DNA from: Candidatus Bathyarchaeia archaeon
GTDB taxonomy: Archaea; Thermoproteota; Bathyarchaeia; Bathyarchaeales; Bathycorpusculaceae
NCBI GenBank assembly: GCA_050010755.1
Contig: JBEKKK010000004.1
Span: 96,001-160,000, forward strand
Reading direction: 5' to 3'
Length of the DNA: 64,000 bases
The notes under the pieces are model-generated. The model did no database searches. It had not been told where the DNA came from and worked only from the letters and a program-made list of their open reading frames with translations. A program made the translations under genes and the position numbers. Of this stretch, positions 9,819 through 18,800 are shown piece after piece; within the stretch, counting starts at the first letter, position 1, and every line of letters starts with the position of its first letter.

Positions 9819-10299
9819 TTTTCCTTCTCCCTTCTCTTTATTTTTTTCTTAATTCCTTCTAAAAGCAATCTAAGAAACTCGTGATATAAAGCTTTACCCC
9901 CTACAGCGACAACGACAGCCACAACTCTCTCTGCAACTCAACCGAGAGGGCGCACTGAAAGAAAATATGGAAGAACATTCATGCGAGGCACCATGGATAA
10001 CACCAACGAACGTCGAGGTTTTTGCACGCAACAGAAAGAAAAATCAAGATAACCATAACCCTCTGAATGAACGCGCGTCGCCGTCATCGACAACTTGATC
10101 GCACGAGCCAAAGTCACAGTGTCACTCATGCAGGCAAAATGGCCCCCCACGATGAATGCACTCTTCCTCGCAGGTTCAGCAAACTTATCGCTGCAGTTGG
10201 AACCAATCATACGATAGAAAATCAGATAGGTGCTGTGCGCGAGCTTTTTCTCATTTCTGGTTGGAAAGTTGGATAGCTCTTTCGATGCTGAGCAAAGAG

Positions 10300-11103
10300 T
10301 CATCCTTGCTTAAGCGCGTGTTTTACGTATTGTTTTGATATTAACTTTGGAGTCAAACCTGTTTCCTCTCTTATCTTGGGCAGAATTTTGAGCCAAAGTT
10401 CTCTGGTTGCCCTGTGTCTACGGTCGAGGTCAGTCTTGGAAAGGTTCCTGATTGTCATGGCTTCGTGAACGAGCTTCTCGTAATCGGCGGGCAGCCATTT
10501 CAAAGCGTCGGAATAGAACATCTCCCATTTTGGGGGAGGAAGGAACTCCCTGTTCAGAGCGAATATTATTCTGATCAGAAGCGTCAAGGCATAGTTCAGA
10601 CAGTAATGAGCCGAAGTCAGATCTCCCCTTTCAACCCATGCGTCAACCAATGTTTCACCATCTTCCTTAGGCGAGCAACAATACCATCTAACGTATTCTC
10701 CATACACAACGATACGCCTCAGCCAAAAACTGTTCGGGACACTTAACTTCGTCCTCAAAAGTCTCTGCACTTCGCCTCCCCGGTCGTAGACTACACTTGC
10801 ATGTGAAAAATCCCATCTCATTATCTCACTCCAATTCCGAGCCACAAAGTCCCCGAGATAGTGAACTTCCAAATCCACGTCCACACCCGAACGACTATTC
10901 TCACCCAAACCAATCTTCCTAATCCTTTCTCCCAGGCTTTCGTCCTTTTTCCCCAGAAAAACCATAACGTCAACATCCGAATACCTGTCAGCGAAGCCTC
11001 TCGTCAACCCGCCCATGAACACTATCCCTGAAACGGCTTCGCATGAAAGAATCTTCCGCTTGAGCAGTTCCCCAATTTCCTTAAACTCTCCTATCCTGTT
11101 CAT
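10300..11103 (-). CDS. Pol-beta-fold nucleotidyltransferase (DUF4037-like C-terminus)
   Basis: GGLTRGFADRYSDVDVMVF NTase signature; C-terminal FALNREFLPPPKW. Start moved to ATG 11103. Confidence 0.75.
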   Translation of the reverse strand: MNRIGEFKEIGELLKRKILSCEAVSGIVFMGGLTRGFADRYSDVDVMVFLGKKDESLGERIRKIGLGENSRSGVDVDLEVHYLGDFVARNWSEIMRWDFSHASVVYDRGGEVQRLLRTKLSVPNSFWLRRIVVYGEYVRWYCCSPKEDGETLVDAWVERGDLTSAHYCLNYALTLLIRIIFALNREFLPPPKWEMFYSDALKWLPADYEKLVHEAMTIRNLSKTDLDRRHRATRELWLKILPKIREETGLTPKLISKQYVKHALKQG

Positions 11104-11328
11104 CCCGCGCAATCTCTTCACATAATTCACCAACAGCCAGATATTTCCATTCAACGGATTGCTAGGATCTATATTAACGCAACGAAGCGAGCATTTCGTT
11201 ATAAAACCTTCTTGCAATGAGGCTCCGCGAGGGAAAACAATTGAGATTCAAGCATAGCCTCCAAAGATATGATGAAAGTAAATGTCCAATCCAAATCTGA
11301 ATCGATAATATGGAATGTGTTGCAGAAG

Positions 11329-11336
11329 CTTTATTT
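11329..11336 (+). promoter_or_regulatory. Putative TATA box for the riboswitch-thiT transcript
   Basis: TTTATTTA about 25-30 nt upstream of the 5' end of the TPP aptamer. Confidence 0.5.
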
Positions 11337-11363
11337 ACGAAGAAACAACAACCCTTTTCTAGG

Positions 11364-11459
11364 GTTTGGGGGAGCTGGGACTGTGACCCGGCTGAGAGGA
11401 CGGTTGAACACCGTCGACCCTTGGAACCTGACCCAGACAATACTGGCGGAGGGAAGAAC
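11364..11459 (+). ncRNA. TPP (THI-box) riboswitch
   Basis: Consensus elements in order: GGGGAGC...GGCTGAGA...GACCCTTGGAACCTGA.CCAG..AATACTGGCGGAGGGAA. P3a GACGG/CCGTC and P5 CCAG/CTGG pair. Lies directly upstream of a thiamine transporter. Confidence 0.9.
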
Positions 11460-11460
11460 A

Positions 11461-12147
11461 GTGAATAAACTTAACTACCTTGACAGACCAAGTCAAACAG
11501 CCTACGCGCGCCCTAGGAATACAAGGAATTCCGCAAGTAATTTTGGAAAAGGCGAGGCAAGAGGCAAAATCCGCGGAATTGACTGGAAACCACAGACTAA
11601 GCCGACGATACAAACTGGAAAAAAGACTTTTCCAACCCTAGTCTTGGCAGAGATAGTAGTTTTTGTCTCTTTGGCGACAGCGTTGAGCCTTGTGAGCCAT
11701 AGCTTCTTCAGTCTTCCCCAAGGCGGATCCATAAACATTGGAATGATCCCTGTCTTCTGGCTAGCGCTAAGAAGGGGACCGAAAATAGGCATCTTCGCGG
11801 GAGCAGTGTTCGGCGTGGTAGATCTTGCGATCGAACCATTCGTCGTCAATCCTATTCAATTTATTTTAGATTATCCCTTAGCCTTCTCGGCGCTCGGACT
11901 TGCAGGCTTCTTCAAGAACTGGCGAGTGTTCGGGCCAGTGGTAGGCGTGGTAGTCGGAGGTACAGGTCGATTCTTGAGCCACTTTGTTTCAGGCATAGTG
12001 TACTTCGCATCTTATGCACCGCCAGGACAGAGCCCCGCGCTTTACTCGTTGATCTACAACGGAACCTACATGTTCCCAAGCATCGTCATATGCGCAATCG
12101 TGATTTTCTCATTGCAGGCGAGCAAATCTCTCGATATTCACCTGTGA
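11461..12147 (+). CDS. thiT: Energy-coupled thiamine transporter S component ThiT
   Basis: LPQGGSI, P...LALRRG..G, PIQFILDYPLAF, RFLSHFVSGIVYFASYAP, YSLIYNGTY. Start uncertain: GTG 11461 follows an SD-like GGAGG inside the aptamer. The ORF-track start 11269 runs through the riboswitch. Confidence 0.85.
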   Translation: MNKLNYLDRPSQTAYARPRNTRNSASNFGKGEARGKIRGIDWKPQTKPTIQTGKKTFPTLVLAEIVVFVSLATALSLVSHSFFSLPQGGSINIGMIPVFWLALRRGPKIGIFAGAVFGVVDLAIEPFVVNPIQFILDYPLAFSALGLAGFFKNWRVFGPVVGVVVGGTGRFLSHFVSGIVYFASYAPPGQSPALYSLIYNGTYMFPSIVICAIVIFSLQASKSLDIHL

Positions 12148-12162
12148 CGGAACTAAATCAAA

Positions 12163-13161
12163 ATGGGAAAACTTACCAGCGAAGAACTCTCAAAACTTTT
12201 AGGATGCATAGACAGAGATCCCCGCGTAATCATTCCACCAAAAGTAGGCTACGACTCAGGGGTCCACTTGATTGGCGACAAATGTCTAGTAGTATCCACC
12301 GATCCCTGCATCAACGTTCCAAGAGACTGGTTCGGCTGGCTACTAGTAAATTACGCGGCTTCAGACGTAGCCTTGTTCGGAGCAAAACCAGAATTCTGCA
12401 CCATCAACCTCCTTGGCCCACCATCAACCAAGCCACAAACCTTTCAACGGATCATGGAACAAACCTGCCAAGCCGCCCACGACCTACATATAGCTATCGT
12501 GACCGGCCACACAGGAACATACCATGGACTTTCAACTTCCGTTGGAGTTTGCACAGCCTATGGAACTATCGACAGGGACAAACTCATAACACCTGGCGGC
12601 GCTAAGCCTGGAGATTACGTTTTCTGCCTAAAACCCTTAGGTCTAGAGGTCGCCGTCAACCTCGCCCTTACTCGCAAGACACTGGCAAAGAAGCTATTCG
12701 CTGAAAAGACGAAGGAACTGGAAAAACTTGTACCTATGCAGAGTTGCGCTCGAGAAGCTTTACTTCTCGCAGAAACGTGCGACGTTCACGCCATGCATGA
12801 TGTCACTGAAGGAGGCTTGACCGCAGCTTTGAACGAAATGGCTGAAGCTTCCAATGTCGGTTTCAAAATAGACTTTGAAAAGATTCCAATCAGCGACGAA
12901 GTGCAAAAATTGATGAGAGGTTTTCATTTGTCAGAAAAGCAGCTCTTGTCGATGTCATCTACTGGAACAATTTTGGCTGCCGTCGGTCCGAATGGAAGAG
13001 AAAAAGTCGAATCAGCGATGTGTCAAAGCAATGTTCAAGCAAACGTCCTAGGCATTTTCAGAGAGGACTCGCGCCGAATTCTGACAAGAAACCGCAAAGA
13101 GACCTCCTTCCCAAAAGTTGCGCACGATCCTTACGCGATGATTCTCTCGGGAAAACTGTAG
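12163..13161 (+). CDS. AIR-synthase/PurM-fold ATP-dependent protein (HypE/ThiL-related)
   Basis: VGYDSG, STDP, ASDVA..GA.P, IVTGHT, GAKPGD, AMHDVTEGGL..ALNEMA. Starts 15 nt after thiT. Confidence 0.8.
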   Translation: MGKLTSEELSKLLGCIDRDPRVIIPPKVGYDSGVHLIGDKCLVVSTDPCINVPRDWFGWLLVNYAASDVALFGAKPEFCTINLLGPPSTKPQTFQRIMEQTCQAAHDLHIAIVTGHTGTYHGLSTSVGVCTAYGTIDRDKLITPGGAKPGDYVFCLKPLGLEVAVNLALTRKTLAKKLFAEKTKELEKLVPMQSCAREALLLAETCDVHAMHDVTEGGLTAALNEMAEASNVGFKIDFEKIPISDEVQKLMRGFHLSEKQLLSMSSTGTILAAVGPNGREKVESAMCQSNVQANVLGIFREDSRRILTRNRKETSFPKVAHDPYAMILSGKL

Positions 13162-13925
13162 ACGTTCATCCTTCTACCTCGAACAAACCCAACTAGAGTA
13201 AGCCCCGCATCTTTGGCAATGGCAATGCCGGAGTCTATGGCAGCAGCAAGCGAAGCCACTATCGGCAGACCAGTTTTCGCAGCCTTGAGAACAATATCGC
13301 TGGTCAACCGCCCACTCAAAGCAAGAAAGCAATTGCGAACGTCAATTTCCTTCATGATGCATGAACCAATCACTTTGTCAACAGCGTTGTGGCGACCAAC
13401 ATCCTCAGCGAATGTGACGAGCGTTCCATCGGTCGCATATATTGCGGCAACGTGCACACCTCCGGTCTTCCTGAAAGTCTCTGCAATGAAGTTTAGACGG
13501 TTGACGCAATTCGACACTGTTTCGGCTTTGACCTTCACGTCTGACTGTATCTTGCTGAGCCCCAAGCTTGGTTGATAGGGTGTGTTGCTTCCGCAGGCTG
13601 AGAAGATGACGCGGGAGAAATGCTGCGACAGTTTCAGGCGCTCGTCAATCTTGACATCAGCTCGCAGGTTGATCCTGCAAACTCCTTCCTTTTCCTTCAG
13701 GTCCACTCCCTCAATCTCGGCCATTGACTTCACTACTCCTTCAGAAATAACATGCCCAACTGCCAGCTCCTTCAAGTTTGATGGCGAACAGAAAACTGTG
13801 ACGTACCGAGTCCTGTTCAGAAATATGTGCAAGGGCTTTTCTTCAGCCACGTAATCCGTCGTCTTCTCAGCCTTTTTGGGCGATACGTCAATTCTTACGA
13901 TGTTTACCTTGGGCATGGGAGTCAC
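13131..13925 (-). CDS. fdhD: Formate dehydrogenase accessory sulfurtransferase FdhD
   Basis: VAEEKPL, ELAVGH..SEG, SACG, FRKTGGVHVAA, EDVGRHNAVDKVIG, SGRL, LVGFVRG. Confidence 0.92.
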   Translation of the reverse strand: MTPMPKVNIVRIDVSPKKAEKTTDYVAEEKPLHIFLNRTRYVTVFCSPSNLKELAVGHVISEGVVKSMAEIEGVDLKEKEGVCRINLRADVKIDERLKLSQHFSRVIFSACGSNTPYQPSLGLSKIQSDVKVKAETVSNCVNRLNFIAETFRKTGGVHVAAIYATDGTLVTFAEDVGRHNAVDKVIGSCIMKEIDVRNCFLALSGRLTSDIVLKAAKTGLPIVASLAAAIDSGIAIAKDAGLTLVGFVRGRRMNVYSFPERIIA

Positions 13926-14800
13926 TTCTTTAGCTCGGAGAACACGAAATCCAGAATCTCATCGGCTATCTTGACGCGAGTGACTGTTTGCAAGCCTCTC
14001 CATCCGGGTTGACTGTTAACTTCGACAACGATCGGTCCTTTTGGGCTTTCGAGTATGTCAACTCCAGCTATCTTGCAGTCGATAAGCTCAGCTGATTTAA
14101 TGGCTATTTCTTCAACCTGTTTCTCCAGGCTTATCGCTACAGGGCGGGCCCCCTGGCTGTAGTTGGTTTTCCAATCCTGCGCAACCCGCCTCATAGCAGC
14201 CACGACCCTATTGCCCACCACGAAGGCTCGCAAGTCAGAGAAGCCATGGTGCACAAATTCTTGAAGGTAAATCACCCCATGAGAGAACCTAATCGCCGTA
14301 AAAACCGTCGAAGCGACTTCACGATCGTTGATTCTCGTGGCTCCAACTCCCCTAGAGCCGAACACGGGCTTGACAACCACATCTCCTCCCAGCTCATCAA
14401 AAGCCTCGAGCGCTTCCTCGATATTTTCAGTCACAGCTGTCCGCGGAACGGGCAGACCGTTCTCCTCCAAGATGGCAAGGATGTCGTACTTGTCAACACA
14501 GTGCTCGATGGCCTCTGCGGGATTTATCACGTACAAGCCTAAACGTTGAAGCCTGTACAAGACGTCCATCCTGAAAACCAACTCCTCGAGCGACCCCTTA
14601 CCAATCGGACGGACGATCAAACAGTCCAGCTCTTCACTGAGTTTCAGGTTTCCAGACTCCACGAACGGCATACACCCCACGTGAGCCATTATACTAGGGA
14701 AACTGAAACAAACGTACGGAGTGCCACGCTTGTCCAAAGCTTCCCGCAACTGGGCAGAACTGTAAGAATTTGGGTTCCTCGTCGCGATTCCAACCTTCAA
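13922..14800 (-). CDS. RimK-family ATP-grasp alpha-L-glutamate ligase (MptN-like, probable H4MPT glutamylation)
   Basis: VVVKPVFGSRGVG, YLQEFV, DLRAFVVG, WKTNYSQG, AGVDI, EVNSQPGW. Lies near mch/fwd. GTGA overlap with fdhD. Confidence 0.85.
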   Translation of the reverse strand: MKVGIATRNPNSYSSAQLREALDKRGTPYVCFSFPSIMAHVGCMPFVESGNLKLSEELDCLIVRPIGKGSLEELVFRMDVLYRLQRLGLYVINPAEAIEHCVDKYDILAILEENGLPVPRTAVTENIEEALEAFDELGGDVVVKPVFGSRGVGATRINDREVASTVFTAIRFSHGVIYLQEFVHHGFSDLRAFVVGNRVVAAMRRVAQDWKTNYSQGARPVAISLEKQVEEIAIKSAELIDCKIAGVDILESPKGPIVVEVNSQPGWRGLQTVTRVKIADEILDFVFSELKK

Positions 14801-14873
14801 AAACGATCCCTCCGTGGGCTAAGTCTTTGAAAGATGCCACTTGGCTGTCTTAAAGTTTCCGCGCGAATAAACC

Positions 14874-15803
14874 TTAGAATTTGTGAATGTAAGGGATCAA
14901 CTCATTGGCGTTGTCGAACTCTTTGTCGAGTTTCACGTCCAAGTAGGCCCCGAAGGCGTTGAAGTATGGCGGACCTTTTCGCGAAAACAGGGTCAAAACC
15001 TTGCCGTCGTGGTTGATCTTGAAGCCATCCTCGCAGGGTTCATGCCCCCTTATCAGAATCTTCGCGTTCAACTTCGCCAGCACCCTGTCTGTCACATTCT
15101 CGCCGAATAGGTTTCCTGCACCTCTGGACGATGCACTTGTTTCCTCAACTAAATCGTCAGGATCGCTCCATAGAATCTCCTCTAACAAAGAGCGCTTGGG
15201 ATGCAAAGTGTGGGCAGAAGCCATGTCCTCAACCGTCCTCGCTTCTTTCGGCAACCCGCCGTGTACCATTAAATATCGTTCTTCAACTAGCACCGCGTTG
15301 TATAAGCTTTCAAACAATGCACGAACTGCGGTGTACGCCTCGGTCCATTTCTTTCCAAATCTTGCTTGAAACTGGTCTGGCAAATCGTGTGGGGACGGCA
15401 TGAGATCTTCTGGGCCTTCATGGTTGCCCCGCATCAGGATAACCTGGTTTGGATGGAGCAGTTTCACCTTTAAAACTGTATAGTAGGTTTCCGCTGGGTA
15501 TGCTCCTCGGTCGCCGTAGTCGCCCAGAAATATAAGGATGGATTCGGATGATTTGTCGATTCTTTCGAGAATGTTGCTGTGCTGCAGGATATCTATGAGG
15601 CTCTCGAGATCTCCATGCAGGTCGCCGACGACGAGGGCCTCGCCTTTCGGGTCAACCTCTATGAGTCTGCCTTTGACGCGAAGGTTTCCCACTCTTCCGT
15701 CTTCTTTTTTAAGCAGTTCAGTAGCCTGTTCGACTGTCTGGGTGAATTCTGAGGCGTCAATTTCCAGAGCTTCTTTAACGATTTGTGAAAGGACAGTTGG
15801 CAA
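14874..15803 (-). CDS. PPP-family Ser/Thr protein phosphatase (PP1/PP2A-like)
   Basis: GDLHG, GDYGDRG, RGNHE, HGG, LWSDP, RGAG..FG, IRGHE, TLFS. Confidence 0.9.
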   Translation of the reverse strand: MPTVLSQIVKEALEIDASEFTQTVEQATELLKKEDGRVGNLRVKGRLIEVDPKGEALVVGDLHGDLESLIDILQHSNILERIDKSSESILIFLGDYGDRGAYPAETYYTVLKVKLLHPNQVILMRGNHEGPEDLMPSPHDLPDQFQARFGKKWTEAYTAVRALFESLYNAVLVEERYLMVHGGLPKEARTVEDMASAHTLHPKRSLLEEILWSDPDDLVEETSASSRGAGNLFGENVTDRVLAKLNAKILIRGHEPCEDGFKINHDGKVLTLFSRKGPPYFNAFGAYLDVKLDKEFDNANELIPYIHKF

Positions 15804-15816
15804 GAATTATCTCAGC

Positions 15817-17076
15817 TTATTCGATTTTGACGGTTTTGTTCAAAGAGCTGAGGATGTTCTTCCCTATCTCGGACTTGTGATAGCGGATCTTCTCTAACGT
15901 CTCCTCTTGTGCTATTTTGACTGAGGCTTCTTCTGTCTCCACTACGGCTCGTTTTCTTGTCAGCTCTTCGACGTGGGCTTGGATTTTTGAAAGGTTTTGC
16001 TGCATAGCGGTTACTTCTTCCGACGTTGAAAGTTCAGTCTTGCGGGTCATTGCGTCCCTGCTCTTCTGGTGGAGATATGCCAGAATGTTTCTGTTCACGA
16101 TACTGTCTATGGTCTGTTCCGCCTTTCGTATTTTCTCTGGTTTCAGTTTCAGTTTCCCCTCGGAGATGGAACGGTCCAGCTTCATGAGTATCTGTCTCAG
16201 TAACGGGTGCCCTGGAGCTTCGGTAGAAAATGCCTCGAACGGGTTTTCCACGTACTGGTAGAGTTTGCTGAGTTCTTCTGGGTTCAAACCACTCCCTGTT
16301 CCATGCGTTGCGAGCGATTGAAGTTTTATGAATGGTTTTTGAAGGTGCTGTAAGCTGTGCTTCACTTCCATGCTCAAGGAATCTATTTCTGTTCCTGTTT
16401 GATGCAGCTGGCCGATACTTCCCCGGCTTCTCAGTTCAGCCATTTTCTGCTTTGCTTCATCTATTTCCTTTTCGATGCGTTCCCTATCGTTTCCAGTTTT
16501 CGCCATACGTTCTCCGAGACCTGTTAGCTGTTGTTCCAGTTCAACCAGTTTATCGATGAGCTGAAAAGTCTCTTCAAGAGTCTTGGTCTTGACGTATTCT
16601 TTCGTCAGGAAATTCTGAAGATCTCTCAGAGATTCTTTTGCCCTGTCAAAAATGGCTTGGAATCTTCGCCTGTCAAGAATGAAGAACGGCGAGATTCTCG
16701 GGAACCAATTTCTAATATCGACATCGATAACGTTGAAGACTTTTTGCAGTTCTTGAATGAAGTCGCTGAAGCTGTCGTATGAAACCTTTTCCGGAACTTT
16801 GAGTTGTCGCATTCGTTCAGAGAAAAGTTTGCCCAACCTGTTCAGCGCTCTGGCCCTCCGATAGGTCTTCATGTTCCTTTTTTCAATCTCTCTAGCGCTG
16901 TTATCCATAAGCATCTTGGAAACTTCAGAAAGACTCTCCAGCGTCCGGCGCATCTCGTCGATCAGTTTCTGAGCTCTAGCGTGAACAGGAATGAAGACAG
17001 ATCCCGTTTCTTTCTCAAGCCATCCTTTGATGTCCCTTGAGGAAAACTTCAGCGTCTCCGACAAAGACTTTCCCAT
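15817..17076 (-). CDS. Uncharacterised long coiled-coil protein
   Basis: About 420 aa, helical and E/K/R/L-rich heptads, no catalytic motif recognised. 13 nt from the phosphatase gene. Confidence 0.7.
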   Translation of the reverse strand: MGKSLSETLKFSSRDIKGWLEKETGSVFIPVHARAQKLIDEMRRTLESLSEVSKMLMDNSAREIEKRNMKTYRRARALNRLGKLFSERMRQLKVPEKVSYDSFSDFIQELQKVFNVIDVDIRNWFPRISPFFILDRRRFQAIFDRAKESLRDLQNFLTKEYVKTKTLEETFQLIDKLVELEQQLTGLGERMAKTGNDRERIEKEIDEAKQKMAELRSRGSIGQLHQTGTEIDSLSMEVKHSLQHLQKPFIKLQSLATHGTGSGLNPEELSKLYQYVENPFEAFSTEAPGHPLLRQILMKLDRSISEGKLKLKPEKIRKAEQTIDSIVNRNILAYLHQKSRDAMTRKTELSTSEEVTAMQQNLSKIQAHVEELTRKRAVVETEEASVKIAQEETLEKIRYHKSEIGKNILSSLNKTVKIE

Positions 17077-17199
17077 TACCAAAATATGCACACGCATATT
17101 AATCTAATCTTTCAAACTCGTCTTCTAATCGTACCCTTTTCTGGGTAGTTACTCTTAAATAATCACTTGCAACATTGGCTTTGCCAAGAAGCGAAAGAC

Positions 17200-17757
17200 A
17201 TGAACACAAGAGACCTGGCAGCCATAGCAATCTTCAGCGCGCTTGCTATCGTTCTTAACTTTACGATTAGAATCCCCGACCCCCTTGCGACGTTTCTCGT
17301 TTATCAGATATGGGAAATACCCATATTGGTAGCTTTTTTTCTATTCGGATTAACGGTGTTGTTTTTTGTAACTGGCATAAACCTCGTTATTCTTTTCTTG
17401 TTCTTTCAGGGGGCTTCTATACTGGGTCCGGTATACTGGCTCGCGGCCTGGCTGAGCATGATGGCCGGCATAGGACTCATCAAGTTATTGCTGGATAGAT
17501 TTGCTGTGAAGAACGTCGCTGTTACAGCTGCCCTTTACGCTGCATTCGGAGTTGCCTTTAGAACTGCAGTTATGGTTCTTGTCAATTATTCGGTCCTTCG
17601 CTTTCCGCCGCCATTGGGTTTCAGCTATCCTGAGCCGGTTATCCTAGGCCTCGTTCCGGTACTAGCGTTTTTCAATGCAACGTTGGCTCTGTACACTATT
17701 CCAATTAGCTATTCACTCGCACGATTTGTAGCCCGAAACATCAGGACATCTATATAG
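17200..17757 (+). CDS. ECF-type S-component-like membrane protein
   Basis: MNTRDLAAIAIFSALAIVL start (AxxxA helix 1), FLxYQxWEIP, about 5-6 TM segments, FN motif in the last helix. Confidence 0.7.
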   Translation: MNTRDLAAIAIFSALAIVLNFTIRIPDPLATFLVYQIWEIPILVAFFLFGLTVLFFVTGINLVILFLFFQGASILGPVYWLAAWLSMMAGIGLIKLLLDRFAVKNVAVTAALYAAFGVAFRTAVMVLVNYSVLRFPPPLGFSYPEPVILGLVPVLAFFNATLALYTIPISYSLARFVARNIRTSI

Positions 17758-17821
17758 ATAGCTTCTGGCATCCATTGTTTAGAGAGGTAACAGAAGCCAA
17801 GTCTGTTGACCATTGGCAGTT

Positions 17822-18787
17822 TCATTTAATATCGAAGGATCTTCTCAGTGCGTCGGGGTTTATTTTGCCTACCTGAAAGGTGTTTCCTGTTCTTGCGTTG
17901 TTAATAGCCACAACTGCTGGGGCAAAGAGGTCTGGGTCAATTTTGTAAAAGTCGTACTTTGCTTCTTTGAATATTTCTATGAAGGGTCTCCCGTAGGCTT
18001 CGGACGCCGTGGACGGAGCTTTTTTCGCAATATCCATCAGTTTTTCGTCGTCCTCATGCTCAACGATGTAATAGGCAGTTCCGCCGTAGAGGATAGCGTC
18101 ATTAGTCCTCGCCATTGCCCTCACGAACTTCGGATGAATAGGGGAAATTGGCGCACACCCTGAAGCATAAATAATCACATTCGGATCTAATCCGAGCCTT
18201 CGGAGTTTGTGGATCCCTGTTTCGATTATCCTGCCTGAAACTTGAGTCGCTCCAGCCAGACTGGCTGTCGGGGTCAAGACGATTGCCAGATTTTGAGGTG
18301 GGATTTTGCAGTCTCGCGCGAAACCATCTACAACATTCGCTGGCGGACTCTTTTCAGCTTCAAGCACTATGATTCCTTTGTTGAAATTGTCCTCGTATCC
18401 GATTTCTCCGTAGATGTCCTTCGGCTTCTGTGCCAGTGCTCTTGCCGGTCCCGAGCCTATTGCGAAATACCCATCTTTGTTTATTTGCCATCCAGCATAC
18501 TGTGAGCCTAGTGTTGCAATGACTGGATGGTCTGAATATATTTGTATTGAGGGTAGGTCTAGGTCTCCGTACTTTTGGTGAGTTATTGCGGCTTTTGCGC
18601 AACCTCCCATGCAGATCTCGGTTATGATTCTTCCCGCCTCAAACCCGCCGCGGGCATTCGCTCCTGCGTCGATTATAGTGGTTCCCGAATCCGTTTCTCC
18701 GATTTTGATTCCGTAGACTTCTGCGTGTTCAACGAGTTCGTCCAACAGCTTCCATGCCTGTTGATTTACGCTCAACGTTTTCTTCAT
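17822..18787 (-). CDS. mch: Methenyltetrahydromethanopterin cyclohydrolase
   Basis: LSVN, IIDAG..GG.EAG..EICMGG, LGSQYAGW, GSGPARALA, PTASLAG..Q.SGR..E.G.HK, TNDAILYGG, FYKIDP.LFAPA. Confidence 0.96.
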   Translation of the reverse strand: MKKTLSVNQQAWKLLDELVEHAEVYGIKIGETDSGTTIIDAGANARGGFEAGRIITEICMGGCAKAAITHQKYGDLDLPSIQIYSDHPVIATLGSQYAGWQINKDGYFAIGSGPARALAQKPKDIYGEIGYEDNFNKGIIVLEAEKSPPANVVDGFARDCKIPPQNLAIVLTPTASLAGATQVSGRIIETGIHKLRRLGLDPNVIIYASGCAPISPIHPKFVRAMARTNDAILYGGTAYYIVEHEDDEKLMDIAKKAPSTASEAYGRPFIEIFKEAKYDFYKIDPDLFAPAVVAINNARTGNTFQVGKINPDALRRSFDIK

Positions 18788-18800
18788 CGGGTTTTCTCCT

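Noticed and set aside
9938-10338. ORFs 9938..10303(-), 10067..10276(+) and 10156..10338(+)
   Set aside because: No recognisable motifs or protein-like composition. The region is better explained as non-coding.
11269-11460. 64-aa N-terminal extension of ThiT in the ORF track
   Set aside because: It runs across the TATA box and the TPP aptamer, so it is a chance open frame.
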